DNA of 64,000 nt from Candidatus Eiseniibacteriota bacterium. GTDB taxonomy: Bacteria > Eisenbacteria > RBG-16-71-46 > CAIMUX01 > VGJL01. Made by a program: the position numbers and the translations under genes. Location: the NCBI GenBank assembly GCA_963792585.1, contig CAWBWI010000003.1, positions 156,084 to 220,083 of the forward strand. Reading direction: 5' to 3'. Under the pieces are notes generated by a model. That model searched no databases and had not been told where the DNA came from. It was given only the letters and a program-made list of their open reading frames with translations. This document shows, piece by piece, positions 57,940 through 64,000 of the stretch; position 1 is the stretch's first letter; each line of letters starts with the position of its first letter.

Positions 57940-58092
57940 GGTGGCACCTCCTTGAATTGCGCGGCGTCTCGAGACCGCAAACGACGATAAGACTACCATC
58001 TACCCGCCTTGGCTTCCAGATTCCTACCGTGATATCCTTACTGGGATCGTTTTCGCATCGATTCACCGTCTGAGACGCCAGGGGGGGCCGAA

Positions 58093-60864
58093 ATGCGTCG
58101 GAGCGGTCTGCCGTCCGCGCTGCTGTTGCTGCTTCTGATCTCCTTGCCGGCCGGCTCTGCCCGGCTAACCCATTCGGAAGAGCCGTTCTATGGATCGGGC
58201 GGATCGCCTGGCGAACTGCGGGCCGACACGAGCGATGTGATCGACACGGTTGCCGAGACAACGCTCCCCATCACCGTCGGGGGGCAGAGTCTTCGCGTCC
58301 CCTATTTCGGCAATCGCCCGATTAATGGGACCTACGCGGACGTCACGCGCGCCATCCTGGTCTGTCACGGCACCCTTCGGAACGCGAACGACTACTATGA
58401 CGCCATCGTCACCGCCGGACATGCCGCCGGGGGCGCCGACGCCCACACCCTGATCATCGCGCCGCAATTTCTCACCGAACCGGACCTCGACGAGCACCAT
58501 CTCGCGGAGGATATCCTGTACTGGGCATATATGGGCTGGAGGAGGGGCGACAACTCCCTCTCCGGGGACAGGCACCCTCGTCCGTGGCGAGTGAGCTCAT
58601 TCTCCATCGCCGATACGATCTTGATGGGCTTCGTCGAGCGGCTCCCGAACCTCCAGAAGATCGTCGTCGCGGGACATTCCGCCGGCGGTCAGTTCTGCAA
58701 TCTGTACACCGCTGGAAACCGTGTTCATCAGGTCATCACAGCGCAACACGGCATATCGATTCAGTACATTGTCTCGAATCCGTCTTGCTATATCTATTTC
58801 GATTCGAAGCGATGGATCCACGACACGTCGTATGCATATGAAGTTCCCTCTTCCCAGCAGATCGCCGAGTGCCCGGATTACAATGACTACAAGTATGGAC
58901 TAGACAATCCGAATGCCTACATGAATATCGGAAGTTCCGTTCTCGAGAGTCAGTACGAATCCAGGACGACTGTATATCTCCTCGGTGGGAACGATACCGA
59001 TCCATACTCGTACTACCTCGACACGACATGCCCCGCGATGTTCCAAGGAACTCAACGCCTCGAGCGCGGCATCGTGTACTACCATCATTTGATCGATCAT
59101 TTTGGAGGTGACATCACGAACGTCCAGTCCGTTGCGGTCGTGCCGGGAGTGGGTCACGATCAATACGGCATGTTCACGTCCCAGTGCGGGAAGTTCTATC
59201 TCTATGACTACGGTTCCTGCACCGGCGCCCCTCCAACCGCCGCCTGGGAGGATGCCTCGACGATGGCGATCCGCGGGGTGACGGCGCACTCGATCGCCTG
59301 GGGAGACTATGACCTCGATGGGGATCCGGATGCCTTCGTCGCCGTTTACGACGGCAGGGACAAGCTCTTCCGCAACGATGCCGGGACTCTAGTGGATGCG
59401 ACCGCCGCCCCCTTGGACGATCAAGGTCAAGGGATGTCCAGCGTCTGGGGAGACGCGAACAACGACGGCTATCCCGACCTCTACCTCGTGAATTGGCGGG
59501 GTCAGAGCCGTCTTTTCCGGAACGGCGCAGGAAGCTCCTTCAGCGACGCGACCACCCCACCGCTGGACGCGACCGGGGATCTGTGTGATGGCGCGTGGGC
59601 TGACTATGACCGCGACGGGGATCTCGACCTTTACCTGACGCGCACCAACGGCCAGTCGAACAGCCTTCTTCGCAACGACGGTCCCGTGGGGTTCGTGAAC
59701 GTGACGGCCCCACCGCTCGACAATCCCGGAGAGAACCGCGGCGCCGTCTGGGGCGACTTCGACAGCGATGGCGACGCAGATCTGTATGTATGCGCCGCAG
59801 CATCCAACAAGCTCTTCCGAAACGACGGCGGCGTGTTCGTCGACGTCACGCATGGACCCCTGGCCGACCTCAACGGCGGTGGGTCATCGGGCGCTTGGGG
59901 CGACTACGACAACGACGGCGATCTGGATCTCTATGTCGTCAACCGCGGGCATCCCAACCTTCTGCTACGCAACGATGGTGGCGACAACTTCACGGATGTG
60001 ACCACATCACCTCTGAATGTCGACGCGCAGGGTCGCTCCGCGACATGGGGCGACTACGACAACGATGGTCGCCTCGATCTCTACCTCTCGAATTTCCAAA
60101 GTCGCAATCAGTTGTTCCGCAACCTCGGCGGAGATATCTTCGACGATGCCACGAGCGATCCCCTGGGCACGGTGGGCGACACCTATGGGGCGGGATGGGC
60201 GGACTACGATCGCGACGGTGATCTCGATCTGTTCGTCGCAACGCGCGCGGGCGCTCCAAAGCTGCTGCGCAACAACTACGCGCTCGGGAACCACTGGCTG
60301 CACATCGACCTGGAAGGCACGATCTCCAATCGCTCGGCGATCGGAGCGCGCGTGCGCATCCTCGCCGGCGGCGTCCAGCAGTTCCGTGAAGTCGGAGGGG
60401 ATGCCGGCTACGAATCCCAGAACTCCGCCACCGTCGAGTTCGGTATCGGTGAGGCGACCTCCGTCGACGAGATCGAGATCCGGTGGCCAAGCGGGATCGT
60501 CCAGGTCACGGGCTCGGTCGCGGCAAACCAGCGTCTCCACACACACGAGTCGGATCTCCCCGCAGGCACCGACTCCGATCCGTCGACCGATGCCTGGGCG
60601 CACGCAGCCCCGAACCCGTTCACTCTCTCGACGATGATCCGGATCGACCCGGCTCTTGGTCCGGTTTGCTCCATCCGCATCTTCGATCCGGCAGGGCGCT
60701 TGGTCCGTGTTCTCGAAGCGCATCCGGGGCCAATGGGCGACGCGCCTCCGTTCATCTGGGACGGTCGCGATGACCGCGGCAGGCTGGCGACGCCGGGGGT
60801 CTATCTTTGCAGGATCGAGGCAGCGGGCGGGCGGCGCACGTTACGCCTCGTGAGGATACGATAG
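58093..60864 (+). CDS. CRTAC1-family protein: N-terminal alpha/beta-hydrolase-like domain, FG-GAP/VCBS repeats, ASPIC-UnbV domain, and a T9SS-type C-terminal sorting domain
   Basis: Signal peptide MRRSGLPSALLLLLLISLPAGSA. GHSAGG is a nucleophile elbow. There are six or more repeats of LFRNDGxGxFxDVT...WGDYDNDGDLDLYV. The ASPIC/UnbV region is HWLHIDLEGTISNRSAIGARVRI...VEFGIGEA..IEIRWPSG. The C-terminus ...GVYLCRIEAAGGRRTLRLVRIR is CTD-like. Confidence 0.7.
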   Translation: MRRSGLPSALLLLLLISLPAGSARLTHSEEPFYGSGGSPGELRADTSDVIDTVAETTLPITVGGQSLRVPYFGNRPINGTYADVTRAILVCHGTLRNANDYYDAIVTAGHAAGGADAHTLIIAPQFLTEPDLDEHHLAEDILYWAYMGWRRGDNSLSGDRHPRPWRVSSFSIADTILMGFVERLPNLQKIVVAGHSAGGQFCNLYTAGNRVHQVITAQHGISIQYIVSNPSCYIYFDSKRWIHDTSYAYEVPSSQQIAECPDYNDYKYGLDNPNAYMNIGSSVLESQYESRTTVYLLGGNDTDPYSYYLDTTCPAMFQGTQRLERGIVYYHHLIDHFGGDITNVQSVAVVPGVGHDQYGMFTSQCGKFYLYDYGSCTGAPPTAAWEDASTMAIRGVTAHSIAWGDYDLDGDPDAFVAVYDGRDKLFRNDAGTLVDATAAPLDDQGQGMSSVWGDANNDGYPDLYLVNWRGQSRLFRNGAGSSFSDATTPPLDATGDLCDGAWADYDRDGDLDLYLTRTNGQSNSLLRNDGPVGFVNVTAPPLDNPGENRGAVWGDFDSDGDADLYVCAAASNKLFRNDGGVFVDVTHGPLADLNGGGSSGAWGDYDNDGDLDLYVVNRGHPNLLLRNDGGDNFTDVTTSPLNVDAQGRSATWGDYDNDGRLDLYLSNFQSRNQLFRNLGGDIFDDATSDPLGTVGDTYGAGWADYDRDGDLDLFVATRAGAPKLLRNNYALGNHWLHIDLEGTISNRSAIGARVRILAGGVQQFREVGGDAGYESQNSATVEFGIGEATSVDEIEIRWPSGIVQVTGSVAANQRLHTHESDLPAGTDSDPSTDAWAHAAPNPFTLSTMIRIDPALGPVCSIRIFDPAGRLVRVLEAHPGPMGDAPPFIWDGRDDRGRLATPGVYLCRIEAAGGRRTLRLVRIR

Positions 60865-60909
60865 GAGACACTCCCCGGGGACCGAACCTCGTGAGGAGCG
60901 GACCTCCTG

Positions 60910-61311
60910 CTATTTCTCCCCACCCATCCCGACGAACCAATCCTCCTTCTCCGCAAAGAGAACGTTGAAAGTCGTGAACGACCCATAGATCCGCGTGATG
61001 TAGGCCTGCAACTCGATTCGTTCGGCGTCATCGAGCTTTGGGTGATTGTTGATCTTCTGCTCGAGGACTCGGAGCCGCTCCCGCGCCATCACGATCTTCT
61101 TGAAGAAGCTATCGAGGGGGATCGACTTCTCCTGGGCGGTCGCCTTCCCCGGACGGAGCACCAACTCGCCCCCCTCCCAACGCTGCCCCATCTCCGGATC
61201 GAGGTCGGGCACCAGGCCCGCCAGGATCAGGTCCTCGCGAACTCCGACGCGCACCGCCCGCACGATCGCCTGGAACGCATCGGCACTGAGTCCTTCGGGT
61301 TTCATCTCCAT
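60910..61311 (-). CDS. Hypothetical small protein (133 aa)
   Basis: MEMKPEGLSADAFQAIVRAV... with a GGAGGTG SD. The 255-aa track ORF is an upstream read-through of Arg/Pro-rich non-coding sequence. Confidence 0.5.
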   Translation of the reverse strand: MEMKPEGLSADAFQAIVRAVRVGVREDLILAGLVPDLDPEMGQRWEGGELVLRPGKATAQEKSIPLDSFFKKIVMARERLRVLEQKINNHPKLDDAERIELQAYITRIYGSFTTFNVLFAEKEDWFVGMGGEK

Positions 61312-61421
61312 CCTGCACCTCCGGTCTGAGCGATCGCCTGCTTGACCGGCATCCCATGCGGACGCCAGACTGTTGCACGATAGTAGAGGGGATCCAACCG
61401 TCAAGGAACAGGAGAGCAACA

Positions 61422-62873
61422 ATGAGTGGAATCGATGCGCTGCAACCACGCGCCGTGTGGGCGGTCTTTGCCGAAATGAGCAAGGTTCCGCGCGCCTCCG
61501 GCAACGAGGCGGGCGTGATGGCGGCGCTCGAAGGATGGGCACGGGCGCGCAATCTCCCCACGCGCCGAGATGCGGTCGGCAACATGCTCGTGTCGATCCC
61601 AGCGAGTCCGGGGCGCCATGATGCCGACCCGGTCCTCGTCCAGGGGCACGTGGACATGGTCTGCGAGAAGAATGCATCCACCCCGCACGATTTCGCGAAG
61701 GATCCGATCCGCCTCCGCCTGGACGGAGATTGGCTGACCGCGGAAGGCACGACCCTCGGTGCGGACAACGGGATCGGTTGCGCGATGGGGCTTGCCGTGG
61801 CGGACAGCCCCGGTCTTGTACACGGCCCGATCGAGGTCCTCCTCACGGTGGATGAAGAGCGCGGCCTGACCGGAGCGTCGCATGTCGAGAAGGGTTTCTT
61901 CACCGCCCGAAGAATGATCAATCTCGATTCCGAGGAAGATCACGGCATATTCATCGGATGCGCAGGCGGTCGGGATACGGTCCTGACCCTTTCCTGCGCA
62001 CGCGAGGCTCTCCCTGACAGCGTCGTCTTCAATGTCTCGATCACCGGACTGACGGGCGGGCACTCGGGCCTCGACATCAATCGCAACCGCGGGAATGCGA
62101 TCAAGATCTTGAGCCGATCCCTCGTAGCCGCATCCGACGACGTCGACCTGCGCGTCGCGCGCATCGAGGGAGGAAGCCTGCGCAACGCGATCCCCCGCGA
62201 GGCGGTTGCGGTCATCGCCGTCCCACGAACCAAGGCCCCGACGTTCGAGCGGCTCGTGCGCGATGCGATTGCGCGGATTCTCGATGAGGAACTCACGGGA
62301 ATCGACGATGGTCTGAAGGTAACGGTCGCCGTTGGATCGGAGGCCGCGGTATTCGGTGCCTCCGATTCGGCTCGCATACTCTCCCTCCTGGCGGCGATAC
62401 CGAACGGGGTACTCGCGATGTCACAAAGCGTCCGCGATCTGGTCGAGTCGAGCACGAACCTGGGCGTCGTTCGGACGGAGGGCGACGAAGTCCGGGTCGT
62501 CTGCTGCAGCCGCTCGTCGGTCATGTCCTCGCTCGATGGCGTCGTTCGACAGCACCGCGCCGTGGGCCGGCTCGCGGGGGCTACGGTCGATCAACCTCCC
62601 GGCTATCCGGGGTGGAAACCGAACCTCCAGTCCCCGTTGCTCGCCGTCACGAGGGGCAAGTACCTCGATATCTTTGGGAGGGAGCCTGAGCTGCTCGCGA
62701 TCCATGCGGGACTCGAGTGCGGGCTTCTGACGGAGAAGTACCCGGATCTCGACATCGTGTCGTTTGGGCCCGACATCGTGGGAGCGCATTCACCGGCGGA
62801 GAGGGTCAGCGTCCCGTCCGTTCAGAGGATCTGGAAGCTGTTCACGGCCGTTCTGGAGGATCTGTCCTCGTAG
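61422..62873 (+). CDS. pepD: Xaa-His (aminoacyl-histidine) dipeptidase PepD, M20C
   Basis: HVDMVCEK, GADNGIGCA and TVDEERGLTGA are conserved PepD motifs. About 484 aa. AGGAGAG SD. Confidence 0.85.
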   Translation: MSGIDALQPRAVWAVFAEMSKVPRASGNEAGVMAALEGWARARNLPTRRDAVGNMLVSIPASPGRHDADPVLVQGHVDMVCEKNASTPHDFAKDPIRLRLDGDWLTAEGTTLGADNGIGCAMGLAVADSPGLVHGPIEVLLTVDEERGLTGASHVEKGFFTARRMINLDSEEDHGIFIGCAGGRDTVLTLSCAREALPDSVVFNVSITGLTGGHSGLDINRNRGNAIKILSRSLVAASDDVDLRVARIEGGSLRNAIPREAVAVIAVPRTKAPTFERLVRDAIARILDEELTGIDDGLKVTVAVGSEAAVFGASDSARILSLLAAIPNGVLAMSQSVRDLVESSTNLGVVRTEGDEVRVVCCSRSSVMSSLDGVVRQHRAVGRLAGATVDQPPGYPGWKPNLQSPLLAVTRGKYLDIFGREPELLAIHAGLECGLLTEKYPDLDIVSFGPDIVGAHSPAERVSVPSVQRIWKLFTAVLEDLSS

Positions 62874-62898
62874 GAGCGCCGGATAGCGGATCGCCTTC

Positions 62899-64000
62899 TC
62901 AGCGCTCATCCAGAACGACGATTCTCCTGGCCTCGACTCGCCCTCCCGAGCGCGCTCGAACCCAGTAAGTCCCCCTCGACAAAGGCTTGCGTACGCCCGG
63001 GATCGCATTCCAGGCAACGAGCTGCTGCGCGGACGACGCGGGCACGACAAAGGATCGAATCCGCCTCCCCGCCACATCGATGACCTCGATGTTCCAGGGA
63101 ACGTCGCTCTGGGCGAGTCGGAACGAGGGCGAACCCGCCAGAGCTGGATTGGGGCAGACGCCGAAGCGCTCTGCCGACGCATCAGGGGCATCGACCGCCG
63201 AACTCCCTTGACCGTCCAGCGCCACGTCGGTCCACCGCTGCCTCGGCGCATCGAAGACGTGGGCCCGGATCTCGGACCATACAATGCCTACCTGCCCGGA
63301 TGCGCTCCCGCCCTGGATCGTGTCCTGAGGGTCGGTGAGAGCAAACCAGCCATCCGCAGAGTCGACAAAGACATGAGCTTCGTGCGCCCCCCACAGGATG
63401 GCAACGTCTCCGCCACCTTGCTCGTCCGCGCTCGCACCGGTGGCATCGGTGAGTGTCGTCGGGATCCACGTATTCAAGCCCGAATCGAAGGCGACCGCCT
63501 CGTGCTGAGTCCAGATCAGGGCAATCTCGTCCAGGACCAGTCCATTGAGTACGGGCTCTGCTAGCTCGTAGCATGTCCACTGGCCGGAGCCGGGATTGAA
63601 TGCCAATGCGCGCTGCGTCGTCCAGACGATTGCGTAGTCGCCGGTCGAACCTCCTCCCAAGGCGGACTCTCCAGGCAGAAGATCGATCCCCCTCCAGGAA
63701 GCCCAGATGGTGGCAATCCCGTATGCCGCGCAGTCGGTCCAGAAGACGACAATGGCGCCGCGCGCGTCGGATCCGAGGTAGCTGCCCGCATAGGGGGGAT
63801 GAGAACCACCGGTTGGAAACGCCGTTGAACGCGTAGGCGCGCGTTGTGGTGACCACCGCGCCAAGATAGTCCCCCACGGAGAGCCCCACCACGTCGCCCG
63901 AGAGAGGGGCATCGACCCAGCAGGCGGAATCCGGAAAAACGCTGTAGCCGTATGCATGTGTCCCCGTGGCCACGATCGTGATGGCGCCGCGGCCGACACC
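62899..64000 (-). CDS. Secreted repeat protein with a T9SS-type C-terminal sorting domain. Partial: the 5' end is beyond the window, and a frameshift lies at the G-run 63793-63798
   Basis: The C-terminus ...VCPNPALAGSPSFRL...GTYWVRARSGGRVEARRIVVLDER is CTD-like. Internal ~40-aa repeats (A.AFN.GSGQWT, AVAFDSGLNTW, AHVFVDSADGW, AHVFDAPRQRW). The upstream part reads in another frame (ORF 63182..63973), joining at tcatcccccc. Confidence 0.55.
   Translation of the reverse strand, partial: VSAAAPSRSWPRGHMHTATAFFRIPPAGSMPLSRATWWGSPWGTILARWSPQRAPTRSTAFPTGGSHPPYAGSYLGSDARGAIVVFWTDCAAYGIATIWASWRGIDLLPGESALGGGSTGDYAIVWTTQRALAFNPGSGQWTCYELAEPVLNGLVLDEIALIWTQHEAVAFDSGLNTWIPTTLTDATGASADEQGGGDVAILWGAHEAHVFVDSADGWFALTDPQDTIQGGSASGQVGIVWSEIRAHVFDAPRQRWTDVALDGQGSSAVDAPDASAERFGVCPNPALAGSPSFRLAQSDVPWNIEVIDVAGRRIRSFVVPASSAQQLVAWNAIPGVRKPLSRGTYWVRARSGGRVEARRIVVLDER

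Noticed and set aside
1-64000. rRNA, tRNA or CRISPR array
   Set aside because: No T-loop (GGTTCGAATCC-like) or cloverleaf candidates in any intergenic gap >80 bp by eye. No regularly spaced direct repeats. A proper tRNAscan/Infernal run is still needed to be certain.

Overview
High-GC (~65-70%) bacterial chromosomal window, densely coding on both strands. My calls rest on motif recognition by eye, not database searches. The most striking content is an unusually high density of secreted proteins carrying a T9SS/FlgD-like C-terminal sorting domain (CTD), with endings such as ...GTYFYRLQA...K and ...GIYFVRMET...K. Seven such proteins occur in 64 kb: a PAD/agmatine-deiminase-family protein, a gingipain-like C25 peptidase, an M28 peptidase, a DUF4331 protein, a CRTAC1-like FG-GAP/ASPIC protein, and two hypotheticals. 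These sit alongside many further peptidases (M20, PepD, TldD/PmbA, proline iminopeptidase). Housekeeping genes are nadA, hisC, korAB-like 2-oxoacid:ferredoxin oxidoreductase, an ABC-2 exporter, pilT and an FTCD-like gene. Regulatory modules are an ECF sigma with a ChrR-like anti-sigma, a receiver-domain gene followed by a GT2 gene, a multi-GAF protein, an HDOD protein and an EAL-HDOD protein. One intact ISL3-family insertion sequence, with imperfect inverted repeats and a 9-bp target-site duplication, lies exactly between an M20 peptidase stop codon and the upstream region of the C25 gene. At least six genes, possibly seven, show single-nucleotide frame breaks, all at homopolymer runs. This argues for uncorrected assembly indels rather than biology and limits confidence in exact coordinates. 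I found no rRNA, tRNA or CRISPR array by eye. The lineage is unknown. CTD-bearing cargo plus high GC suggests an FCB-related group (Gemmatimonadota- or candidate-phylum-like), but this is inference only.
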